DNA of 51,051 bases, the filler included, from Streblomastix strix (lineage: Eukaryota), in NCBI GenBank assembly GCA_008636045.1. It is 3 parts of 3 records of this genome, joined end to end, with 100 filler letters (N's around TTAATTAATTAA, not from the genome) between each part and the next. Parts side by side here need not be neighbours in the genome. Positions count along the whole stretch, not along the records: positions 17,055 to 34,007 come from SNRW01000743.1; positions 34,108 to 51,051 come from SNRW01000744.1; 1 more part is not named here. The stretch is one strand, 5' to 3'. The position numbers and the translations under genes are program-made. A model generated the notes under the pieces. That model saw only the letters and a list, made by a program, of their open reading frames with translations, was not told where the DNA came from and did not search any database. Positions 26,593 through 38,586 of the stretch are shown here, one piece after another (the stretch's first letter is position 1; each line of letters begins with the position of its first letter).

Positions 26593-29500
26593 TAGTGTTG
26601 GACAAAAGCGCTTTTAAGAGAGATACGCGCGCGTAGAGCAAAATTAATAGCGCTCCAATTAAATTTATCTATTCAATAAAAAGATCAAAAAAATCTAGTT
26701 TTTTTTTCAATTAATAAGCAATTACTTTATTATTTGAAATAATAATTCTTATCGATTAAACAAATTAAATATTTTATTCTTATACAGCGTCGTTACTATT
26801 CATTATTAGTCCGAATTTTAATCGTTTAAAAAAAAATTGATTTTTCTTGCTATATTAACTCCACTCTTACTAGTATTATTAATGTCATTATTGATTGAAA
26901 TTGTAGATTTAATCAATTTAATTGATAAATCGTATTCCAATTAAAATATTTTCTATTTTTAAGCGAGAATTTAATGCCACGCGCATTACAGCGCTTTTAA
27001 CAGCATTTTTAAGCGCTTTTTACACCATTTTTAAGCGCTTTTTTTGATTTCCCAAAAATAAATTGAATATATATTACCATATATGAAATAATTAGCAAAT
27101 TTAACAAATTCTAAAGACTATTATTTAAATCAGAAATATGACAATCCATTGATCATTAAATAAAAACTGAATCAATTTGAAATATTTAAAATTAATACAT
27201 TTGAGGAATTTTTTCATTAGTAGAGGATTCCAAATATATTTCAATTCTGAATTTAATTAATTTGCAGATTTGTAGTCGATTAAATATAATCATTTACATT
27301 AATATATTAAAATTATCTAAATTAATTTAAATTTTTAAAATATTAAATTTTGTGTTTTACTTTATTATAAATCATTGAATATATAAGTATTTTCATTGAA
27401 CTGGATTTGAATTGAATATGTTTATCAGTACTCATTATATATTTTACATATATTTACTCATTAGTTCTTAAATTAATTTTTTGTGAAAAGGAGTTTTATT
27501 AAACAATTTATTTATCATTTGCGATATTATTATAAAATTCCAAATATTTAATAAGAACCTAAGTCTTCTTCTTACACTAATTAATACTTTCGAAAAAGAT
27601 TCATGTTCACTAATGGAAGTATTACCTACCATGATTAAATTGTTTTAAGTAAATAATTCAAATATCTGGATTGATAAGTCAGAATTGAAATTCAAAAGAA
27701 TCGTAAATCATATTTGCTCAGAAGCATTAACAATGACTTTGGAATATGATAATGGTGCTCTTGCTGCGTTGGCATATTCTTTACCTCCATGTGGGCAAAG
27801 AGCTATAGCTAAAGGCTAAATTTGGAAAATCCCAGTATATGAACCGCAAATTATGGATTAATAAGATTCAATTCCTAATCAATGGAAAATGAAATGTATT
27901 TAAAAATAAACTGTTATATAAAATTCAAATAAATAAGTAATAATATTACCAATAAAAAAAATAATAAAATTAATAAAAAAGATAATAATAAAAATGAATT
28001 GAATAAAAAAAGAAATAAATAAAAGTAAGCAAAAGAAAGAAATTATTAAAAAAATAGGTATAAGAAAAATCTCAAAAGAATAAATCAAACAAACTAAAGA
28101 TCAGAATAAGAAAACAAACTTTAAACTTAATAAACATCGCAAATTAAAATAAAAAGAAAATAAAAATATCAAAAAAATGAAATGATAGTTGAGAGTGAGG
28201 ATTAAAATGAAAATGGTGAAGCAGATGATGATATTGATGAATTTGAAAAATAATTTGATAACATATTAATTGAAAATAATACGAAATAAATGAAGAAATC
28301 CAAAAATAGTAACTTGAAAAAATATAAAGATTAATAAACTAAAAAAGATTTAAAATTATCTAAAATTGAATCAGGTGATGATGATTTTTAATAGATGAAT
28401 CCGAATTTCAAGAATTGGCAGAAATCTCGGAGATTGAAACTAGTTCTGATTTAAGTAATGAAGATATTGAAGAAGAATTAGACACTTTATAAATACACCG
28501 AGTTGAAGATGAATATGATTAGATTGATGAAAAAAAGGTTGATTTATCAAAGATTTAGGGAAGAGAATGTAATAAGAGAATTGCAGCTAGAAAACATAAA
28601 TATTTCCCAATACAATTATCATAGAGCTCATCATCAGGCTAATCATCGTGTTCATCAACAAACAATTATTCTTCATCTCAAAGCTCATCATCTGATTCTT
28701 CATCAAACAATTCTTCATAATCATCATTCATTCTTTTCATGTCTTAAAAAGATAATGAAGAATCGAATGTTAGCTATATGACTGTCTCAGAAATAATACA
28801 AACAATTAATCAAATAGATTGGAAGTAAATATGTTGTGATAAATAAAAGTTGTTATTAAAATAAATATATAAAATAGATAAAAAGGATTTGAAATAAGAA
28901 AAAAAAATGAAAAAGAAAAAGATAAAGAAAATGATCCGTTAAAGTTATCATGGATTGAAAAAGAAAAAGAAATTAAATAAGACATTGAAATAGATAAAGA
29001 ATTAAAATAACAAAGAGAAAATTAACAAGATGAATCAGAAAAAGATCGAGAAATTGCTAGATTAAAAAAATAATTGGCAGAAACGAAAATGAAATTATCA
29101 GAGAAAACAACAATTTAATAAATGAATAAAGTTTAAGAAAAAGAAATAATCGATAATGTCAATGAAATCTGCCAAACTGATCTGGATGAAAATACTTGGA
29201 TTGATGATGAAGTTATAGAAATTACAAATTTATGGTGTGAAATAAAGATTTAAAATATTGATGATGGTATTAAAATGCTATCTGGATCTAAAGCATTTTG
29301 GGAAGACTATAAAGATAAAGATTAAAATTCATCTAAAATATTAGCTGATTTAGCTTTAATACTTCTTTCTACTGGAGCAAGTGAAGCATCATGTGAAAGA
29401 GTATTCTCAAGGATGAAATTCATTATAGGTTAACGACGATTTAACTTGAAATTGAGACGTATTGTAGCATTATTGCGAATAATGAGTATGAATAATAATA

Positions 29501-31033
29501 AAATGCATTGAAAGAAGTAATTTAAAGATAAATACATATTTGTTGCATCACTAATCAATGATAAAGTTTGACTCTGACGATGTTTTAATCTTTATATGTT
29601 TCAATGAAATACTAAAAAGAGAAATTAATTTTTTTGAATTGGTTTAACTAAAAAAATTATAATTTTGAACATAATAATTTATAATTATATTAATATTTAT
29701 AATATTCATACAATTTTATTGTAAATAACTTAGTATCAAAGAGAAATTTTGATATTATGTTGCTAGATTATACAAAATATTCATAATTTCAATAAAATTT
29801 CAAATCTTTTAACTAAATTGCAAAATTGTAACACATTTTCAATGAATATTTAATTACACAATGAAGATTCCCCTAAAAATAATTTCAAATTAAATTTATA
29901 TTAATATTTCAATTTTCAAATTAATTGTTCATACTAATAAATTAGTATGATCTTTTGAAACACAATTAAAACATTGAAATATTTCATATTTCAATCAAAT
30001 AAAGTTTAAATCATTAATTTTCATATCTTTAAGTTCAAGTTATCTTTGAGTACAATTTTTGTTCAGAGTATATTGTTAAAATATAAGAAAATCAAGTATT
30101 GGATAATTAGTAATTGTAATGCATCTTTATATTTAATTCAAATTTGAAAATATGTTATCAAAAATAATTACTGATATTGGCCCGATTAAATTAATTATAT
30201 ATTGTATGATTTCTTTGTTAATGTCTGCAATAACTAATTAATCAAAATCTCATAATCAAAAGATGTATTTTCAATATGAATTAAATGATTTAAAATAAAA
30301 TATTAAGTTAAAGGAAATTTTAATCTAAAAGATCACTTTTCATATTTGATTTTCCTTTGCAATATTCTCATATATATTCAATTGAATTTGCATTATTTCA
30401 AGACAATAACACAATTGCGATTGGTAAAATATTCAATTATCTGTATATTTGATTAAAAGTTAATTAAATATATGCAATAATTTAATAAATAAAGGAGAAG
30501 AAAAAGATTATTTATATTTAAAAGCTCATTCCAGTTTTCATACTAAAAGTTAAGTTTTTTCCACTGTTTAATTCAGAAATATATGCAAGTTTTTAAATAT
30601 TCATGAAAATGTTTTGAAGTTCTGCCTTGTGATTCGATAAAGACATTCTTGCAAATTAAATAAATTGCATGTTAGAATATCCATATTTCTAAAGATAATT
30701 TTAATGTATATATATAAATTCAAAAATTTAATTAAAAAATTGATAACATTTTTATTAGTAAGAAAAATTTTTAGTTAAAAATGACATAAAAATCAAGGCT
30801 ATTTAAAAAAACATTTATTTAATTCAATTTTCTGAAAAAAATTCATCAAAATAATTTAATTAAATAATTTAATAATGAATTATAGTATTAATTTGGATTA
30901 ATTTGAAAATTTTATACATATAGATGGTAGCAAATAAAATTTATAAAATTTTATGAATTTTAGACGTTTTAAGAATTAAAATGTGCTGTGACGCGCGTTG
31001 CAATTTATTTTGCTGCATTTAAAGTCTACACTA
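26593..31033 (+). mobile_element. hAT DNA transposon, about 4.4 kb, degenerate
   Basis: Ends TAGTGTTGGAC and GTCTACACTA form an imperfect TIR; perfect 8-bp TSD TTAATTAT at 26585-26592 and 31034-31041; subterminal AGCGCTTT / ACGCGCG motifs; internal transposase remnant. Confidence 0.88.
27550..29511 (+). pseudogene. hAT transposase remnant with C-terminal dimerisation domain
   Basis: LINTFEKDSCSLMEVLPTMIKL...LAALAYSLPP, then a long frameshifted charged low-complexity tract, then FWEDY...LADLALILLSTGASEASCERVFSRMKFIIGQRRFNL, which matches the hATC-type motif; TGA at 29509-29511. N-terminal part not recognisable. Confidence 0.85.
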
Positions 31034-31461
31034 TTAATTATTGATTATTTTAAGAATATATTCAATATTTCTTCTCTTATATATTCGTTTGATCAAAATT
31101 ATTCAGCAAATATAAATGACTATTTCTTTCTGATTGTCAAATTAAAATATTAGCACCCAGTTTCTAATTCTGCACAGATTGCACAGAAATACATATTTAG
31201 TTTAATAAATTAGAAATTAATGATAATTAATTTCAATCCTTTCAATATGAATTAATTTTAATGAATCAGCTCTCACTTTAAAAAATTTTGTATTACTCCA
31301 GTCAATAAGATTTTTGTTACATATTCTGTAAACAAACAAATATTTTCAAAAGAAATTAGTGCAAAAATGCAGTTAATGTAAAAAAAATTTTGTGCATATG
31401 TGAAAAAATAAGTATTGAAAGAGTATATTTAAAAAAATATATAATATATTTCTAAAATAAT

Positions 31462-32775
31462 ATAGGCTGGAAAACTATTGGCTGGCTCCCATGTCTCGAG
31501 TCAGCCATTTATAATTTTTTTTCAATGTCTTTAATAAAATAATTGATAATATTTACAAATTTAAATAATGGTCTATGTTAATATTATATCTATATAATAT
31601 GTTTAAATATATATTATTTATATATTGAATGTTAAAATACCTTAAGAAGCTATTTTGAAAATTTTATTATTCTAAAAAACTTTTTTATGGGGTCAGATCG
31701 GTCATAGTCTGGCTTTGGCTGAGCCATGATAATCACCGATCTATCCCCAGAATTTAGATTTTTCTTGAATAACATTTCATAATTACAGTTTGGAAACATT
31801 ATTCTTAGGTATATATTATATATACTAATAAATTTTGGATAAATTAATAATTATGCGCATATGAATAAATTCAATTTGTATAAAAGGTTTTAATTTTTGA
31901 ACTAATACATCAAATGTGGTTGAAGATAATCAAATTTTTTAATAACATTGCTCAAAATAAAAACATACCAATTTGAATATAATTTACATATTTCAAACCG
32001 AAAACTAATATTTTCTAAATTTTGCTCGCATCCATATATATTTTAATATTTTATAAATTAAATCAGTTTATTATAAATATATTACATTGGTATTCCTACA
32101 ACATTTGTATATTTATACTACAGACAAATATAAACACTAATGTATTTTTTTGTGTTACAAATCCATAAAATCAATGATATAAATTATTACAATTTATTAT
32201 TTTAAGTTATTTTAAAATGAATTTTATGATATACATATAAATATACTATTTGGTTAATAATATTGTCATTAATAGTTTTTTTCTCATATCATGTAATGTA
32301 ATTTTTTTAAATTTTCATTTTGCTCCACAACACATTTTTTCATCATAGTTTTTAATATAACTTAATATTAGTATTTCATTAAAAATATGTTTATTTTTTG
32401 AAATAAATAATATTTCAATCTGATTTATGCATGAAAATTGATTTTTATGAATTTTTTTAAGTAAAAATATATTTAGAAAATTAATTAAACTACTGAATTT
32501 ATCATAAATTGAATTTTATTTCTGTTCTATTTAATTATGCAATTCAACATATGTACTATTGTAATAAAAATGGATTAGTAATTTTGGTTTTTAAATCAAA
32601 TTTACGTATTTTCAATAAAAAATTATCAATTTTTGTAACAAAAATTTCATAGAGATTAAAAAAATTTTTTCTATATTAAATTTTAAATATTATTTTTTGA
32701 TCCAGTCACAGTGTCAGCCATAGGGCAAGCCATTTGATTCGAAAAAAAGTTTTTTTCATCCAGCCAACATATATT
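31462..32775. mobile_element. Possible non-autonomous DNA element
   Basis: GC-richer ends TAGGCTGGAAAA and TTTTCATCCAGCCAA in inverted orientation, repeated AGCCA motifs near both ends, AT-rich non-coding interior; right end is repeated at 17055-17233. No TSD found. Confidence 0.45.
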
Positions 32776-33100
32776 TTATTAAGTTTATTATTTTATAAAA
32801 TTAAATTAATGAATGGAAAGATTTAAAAATAAAAATCTGATATATATTGCTTACAAAAATGCTAATTCGTTTAAAAGTACTGTTTTATAAACATATGAGG
32901 TCAGCTAATTTCGTTCAAGCTCGAGTGCCATTTTTGAGAAACATTAGTATATTCATATATAAATTAATTTTTCGATTAAATATTATAAGTAAACTATATT
33001 GAAATTCGTCAACTAAATTGTTTTTGAAAAAAATCCCATTTCTGCAAAAACTTTTTTAAAGTTGAAAAAATATTAAATATTGAAAAAGTTTAGTTTTAAT

Positions 33101-34007
33101 TAGTATTGGACAAAAGCGCTTTTAAGAGCGCTGAACGCGCGCTACGCAAAAATAAAAGCGCTCTAATTAAAATTTTCCAATCAATAAGTAGTTAAAAAAA
33201 ATCTTTAATTTTGTTCCGTCAAAAAACAAATATTATATTATTTGAGATAATAATACTTATCAATTAGACAAATAATAAATTTTATTCTTAAACAGCGACG
33301 ATATTATTGATTATTAGTCATAATTATTAGTATTTTAAAAAAAGTTGATTTTTCGCACTCAATTGGTTCAACTGTTATAAATGAATTTGGCGTCATTATT
33401 GACAAATTGAATAGAAATTATCTTAGTATTTGATAAATCGATATCATATTTAAAAAATATTTAATTTTCATCGAGAATTTAATGCCCAGCGCTTTACAAC
33501 GCTTTTTACAGCATTTATAAGTGCTTTTTTCACCACTTTTAAGCGCTTTTTAGATTTTTCAGTAATAAATGGAGTATTTATTTCCGTATATGTAAATATT
33601 TACTAATTTTGTGAATATTAAATAAAATTATTGATGTTTGATATATTGTAATTATTGGAATATTGAATAAAAATTAATATAAATTGTAATTTTTTAAAAA
33701 AGGTGCGTTTGTGCTATATTTTCTTGGATAAAATGTATCAAATGTTAATTTATGTTTTGTTTAATTAGATATAACTTTCATAGTACAATTACTGAAATTA
33801 TTTATATTAATTACTAACAGTAGCTGACAATCAAATGAAAATTGCAATAAATAATTTTTAATGAATTCTATATAAACCATGCTTTGATTTTAATCAATAT
33901 TCAATTTAATTCTTCAGAAAAATACATTTCTTTAAATAAACATTTTAATTCATGATAATTAATACCAATCAACACAAAAATGATATTAAAAATTTAATTT
34001 CATGAAT
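33101..34007 (+). mobile_element. Left end of a second, diverged copy of the hAT element, cut by the contig end
   Basis: TAGTATTGGACAAAAGCGCTTTTAAGAG... aligns with 26593 onward for at least 500 bp (e.g. CGAGAATTTAATGCC, TTTTTAAGCGCTTTTT). Confidence 0.85.
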
Positions 34008-34107
34008 NNNNNNNNNNNNNNNNNNNNNNNNNNNNNNNNNNNNNNNNNNNNTTAATTAATTAANNNNNNNNNNNNNNNNNNNNNNNNNNNNNNNNNNNNN
34101 NNNNNNN
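34008..34107. other. Artificial contig-joining linker
   Basis: 44 N + TTAATTAATTAA + 44 N. Confidence 0.95.
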
Positions 34108-34472
34108 TTAATTTCTATAATTTTTAAATAATTTATATTTTAACATTAATTTTAATTTATTTATTTATTTATTTAAAAATCTTTATTTATAAAATTTATT
34201 TTAATTTTAAAAAAATATTAAAATTAAATTTTTAAATTTTTCAATTAAAAAATATTTAGTTGATAATCAATCTTTTCTTTTATTGCCTCTTCATGATCAT
34301 CATTAATCATTTATCTTTTCCATCTTATTTTTTTGTTTAAGTTCTAGAGAATTTGCTCTTTATTGAAAAAATTTTTAATTTCTGAATACTTTTGCAATTT
34401 GGCCACTCTTCCATTTACTTTGATTTATATTATTGTTTGAAAAGTGATGAAATAAGAGGTGTAGATGTCAAT

Positions 34473-34620
34473 TCATAATATTTTCTTTATTATTGTTCAT
34501 TGCACATTCTTAATTATTTTTCATTATATATTCTTTACTACTCTTCGTTGTATATTCCTTATTGTTCTTTTAAGTATATTCTTTATTATTCTTAATAGTA
34601 TATTCTTCATTGTTCTTCAT
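34473..34620 (-). repeat. Degenerate 24-bp minisatellite, about six copies, possibly coding
   Basis: Minus strand reads MKNNEEYT IKNNKEYT QKNNKEYT TKSSKEYI MKNNQECA MNNNKENI. Confidence 0.7.
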
Positions 34621-35199
34621 CTTCAAAATTTTTTTTCTTTAATTATTTTTCTTTTTAATAAAAATCCAAATTTTTGAATAATTCCTTCTTAATCCTATGA
34701 ATGCTTCATCTTTCTATTTCTATTTACTTTTTCTTTATCTTTTCATTTATCTTATGTGGTTTTTCTTTTTTTATCATTTATTCTTCATGTTTCTATTTAT
34801 ATAAATAACAATACTTAAAAATACATAAATTAACGAAGTACTAAACGATAAAAGCTAAAAATAAAAAATTTTGTCAATAAACATAAAAAAATATTATTAT
34901 ATTAATATATATTATATTTTATTTCATTGTTTTATTTAGGTATGTCAAAATTGACAAATAATTATTGCTTGTGTCAATCTCTAATATCCATTTTCAAATT
35001 TTTTTGTCTATATTAAATCCGATTAAAAGATATATTTATAGTGATAAGCAGCAAAAGAACTGTTAATTTTAAAAATCAAGTATAAAATATTTAAAAAATT
35101 TTATATAATTATTTATTTTTAATATTATATAAATAATTTAAATTTATTTCTAAAGTAAATTCATAATAATATTTAAAATGTAAATTTAAATCTAAAAAT

Positions 35200-35870
35200 T
35201 AATCCAATTGAACAGTTTCAAATAATGCAAAATTCATATCTGTTGAGTCCGCGATTATTGTTAACAATTCTTTTTCTAATTATTTTTCTTCACAAATTGC
35301 TACCCTTCAGATCCATCAAAATGTATTGAAAATAGATTTGAGCCGCATGCAGTGGATTGTGAGTTGACAGGTGAATAGTCTAAACCTTGGAAGTTTGCTG
35401 TCGTCGTCATTTGCTTGAAACGAATGAGACGTATATTACTAATATGAATAATAAACATAAAATGAAATAATTATCTGTTAAATAAATAGTTGCGAAATAA
35501 TAAGACAAATAATAATTTTATATTTAAATTAAAATGAACATACCTAAATATTCATCTAACCATCAAATCCACTACTCACACATTCAATATCATCTTATTT
35601 TACATGCACAGCTATTATTTACATTATTTACTCCTTTAATATTGCTTCAAACAACGAAATATCTGTACCATGCTTTCAAAAACACTGTTTACATTTTAAT
35701 CCTTTATTTATAGTAATTCCTGATTAGTAAAATATTTTCACACTTGATATTTATTTGCGTACGTTTTAAATTTCATATAATAGTTTTCCATAATCTAGTC
35801 CAAATGATCAGATCGTCCCATCACTCCAACCAGAGACAACGTCAGTTCCTGATAGATTGAAACAAACATT
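35200..35870 (-). pseudogene. WD40-repeat gene fragment, CFAP52/WDR16-like, disrupted
   Basis: NVCFNLSGTDVVSGWSDGTI*SFGLDYGKLLYEI...QDDIECVSSGFDG, an intron, then FQGLDYSPVNSQSTACGS; resembles the C-terminal propeller of CFAP52 as I recall it; contains an in-frame TGA and frame breaks. Confidence 0.55.
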
Positions 35871-36539
35871 AAATATCAAAAATTTCTAAAAAATCAAATA
35901 AAAATATAAAAATTATTCAATTAAAAACAATTATATTTCAAAAATATATGAAATAAAAGTATAGTTTATTTTAAAATTGAAAATTTGAGTATCTATTTTA
36001 AAATGTTGTGCATTTAGAATATTAATTATTATTTTTAATTCATTGTTAAATAATAAAATTTAATTATTATTAATGATTAATGTAACAATTTAATATTAGA
36101 ATAATGAATAAATGCTTGTTTAATATTATTATACTATTTTCTTCCTCAAATTAAAATAAATTTTTATAGATTAATAATAAATTGGTATAATAAAATAATA
36201 TAAACATATATAACAAGTGTAATATACCTAATATAATTAATATGGCGCTTGAAGTTGGTGTTTCGAAACAGAACATAATGGGATAGTTCTAATGGTTTCG
36301 TACTAGCGTACTAACCATTTTATTAGTTATAATAACTGCTTTTGCTTTAATGAAGTTTTTAAATATATTCTTATATAAAAATTTTTATATATTTTATTAA
36401 ATTTTTTCAATTAAAATTTTTATTTATAAATATTAAATATTTAAAAAAAAACTTATAAATTTTTTTATATTATTAAACTAATTTTTGAAAATTAGTCCCT
36501 ACGTTTAGACTTCAAATATATTTAGTTATATATAATTTC

Positions 36540-37964
36540 TTTTAATAGTAAAATTTGAAAAGATATCTAATTAATCTTTTATACTTCATGGAATGCAAAA
36601 AGCCAAAAAGTATACTATTATTGGAATTGACACAATAGTCTTGTTCAAACGCACTTGTCTTTGTTTTATAGCGTATTACGTTAGTCACTTATTAAGCATC
36701 ATATTCTTTGATTATAAACACTAATCCAGATTCACCAGCGTAGTATCTAATTACCTTAATTTAATCAGTTGCAATATCAGCTTCTTCTTTATATTCTCCT
36801 CTTTTTGCCTTTTTACTTATATTGCCAAATATGAATGGATTATTGATGTTAATTCTTTATATTTTAATTGTTTGCAATTTTACTTCATGCTTTGATTTAT
36901 TATTATCTTGTAATCTATTTTAAAGCAAAGGTTTAAGAGTTGTTTCATAGTATTCTTTGTTATGAGGTTTAATAATTTTCGTTAATATCTATGCATTAGC
37001 TCTATTGAAATATCTTCCTTTTTTATCGCTCCAATGTTCGTTTGCCTTAGGTATGAGAATAAAATTTCTATAAACAGTTGTGCAGGCGTCTTCTTTATAT
37101 TATTTATCTTTCGTTTATTCTAATCCGTTTAGACCTATGAATAATGGAAGTAAAATAATTTCTCTTGCTAATGTGTTTGTAACACTGTGAATCGTTTATT
37201 CTTTGAAGCCTTATATACATACATTATAATCTATTTTCGTTGCATTTCAATTCTTCTCATTTCTTCTTTCACTGTAACAGAGACATTCTTCATAATTTAA
37301 TCTTTAGTATTAATACCATCATTTTAATTAGATATAGTTACACAAAGTTAAGTTAGAAGAGTTTACACTGGTCCCGTTCTCGTTCTTAGCTCTCGCAAAA
37401 TGCTTTCTCTCGGCATAACTTAAGTCATGGATCATTTAACTAAATTCATTGATTGTCAGTTGTTCTAGCTGTTGTTCGCATAAATATGCGATTATTCCTT
37501 CATCTATCCTAAAATTGTATAACGCTATTACTTGTACGCTCTACAAAATTTTGTCAATCGGACTTCTCTTTGAGTTTAGTATTTCGTTTAGTAACTGGTA
37601 CCGATGTTATGGGTAGTAGTGAAGGACATTATATCTCCCTTCTCCAAGCTTCTGCGTTCTATTCAGTGAAGATATTCGTTGCCCATAAATTAATCTCGCT
37701 CGTACGCACGCCACTCATAACCGTCAAGACCTTTGCCAAAAGCACTTACGTTCTCTCATTGACCGCCCGCCTTAAAGTTAGTTGTAGCTCGATTTCAATT
37801 AGCATCTGCTGCTGCACAGACTGAAGAAACTTTCCGATCTCGTCTCCCAGCTCCAGTTGCTCGTTAATGGTCGAGACATGTGTCCTTGCAGTGAACTTTG
37901 GTGTGTCGAAGTTCACAAACAGTTCCTACTTTGATTGCTCCAGTTTTATTGAATTTTTTGACAT
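36540..37964 (-). pseudogene. Intronless degenerate ORF cluster, possible virus/Polinton-like remnant
   Basis: Short ORF MSKNSIKLEQ...SGVRTSEINLW..., then frameshifted fragments including TLAREIILLPLFIGLNGL...ANAQILTKIIKPHNKEYYETTLKPLL...LVFIIKEYD. No introns, GC above flanks. Resemblance to the region upstream of D5-like helicase domains is from recollection only. Confidence 0.4.
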
Positions 37965-38586
37965 TTTTTGAAAATAGCTACCCTATAGATCGGATGCTTG
38001 TTAGTGCACCGATCTTATTGGAGTAACAATGGTATCTCAGTAAAGAAGTGAGATAAGAAGAGAAGGGGATAACCAATTATTATTCTCGACTACCTTAAAG
38101 ACAGGGTGATTCCTATGAACAATAAAAATGATGATCTTTTATAAAATATGTTTAAATTTTATTGAAATCAGGATTTAACTGTTAAATGGTTGTGGTTTAT
38201 CAAAAATTAAAATTAAAAATAAGATAGCTAATAATCATTTTTTCATTAATTGAAGTATTATTTTTTTGGGTAAATAAATTAAATTTTAATTTTAAATAAA
38301 TTATTTTATCTGAATATTGACCTATTTTATTTATTGAAAATTATATATATAAGTAATACATTTTAATACTTTAAATTTTCTTTATTTTAATTTTTATAAT
38401 AAAATTAGCTAAAAATGAAAAAATAAACTAATAGACTAATAATTCCAAAATCTTTTCAAATATTTTTGAATAGCTTTATTATCCATTTATTGTTGGTATT
38501 AAATAAAAATAAAAGTTAACTAATATTTGAATAAAAAATTAATAAACTAAGGTAATTTGTTAAATTACAAAATAGTAATTAAAACA

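Noticed and set aside
36242..36319. GC-richer patch with palindrome TGTTTCGAAACA and hairpin AATGGTT...AACCATT; faint YR-like peptide MALEVGVSKQNIMGQFQW
   Set aside because: Too short and isolated to support an RNA gene or recombinase fragment.
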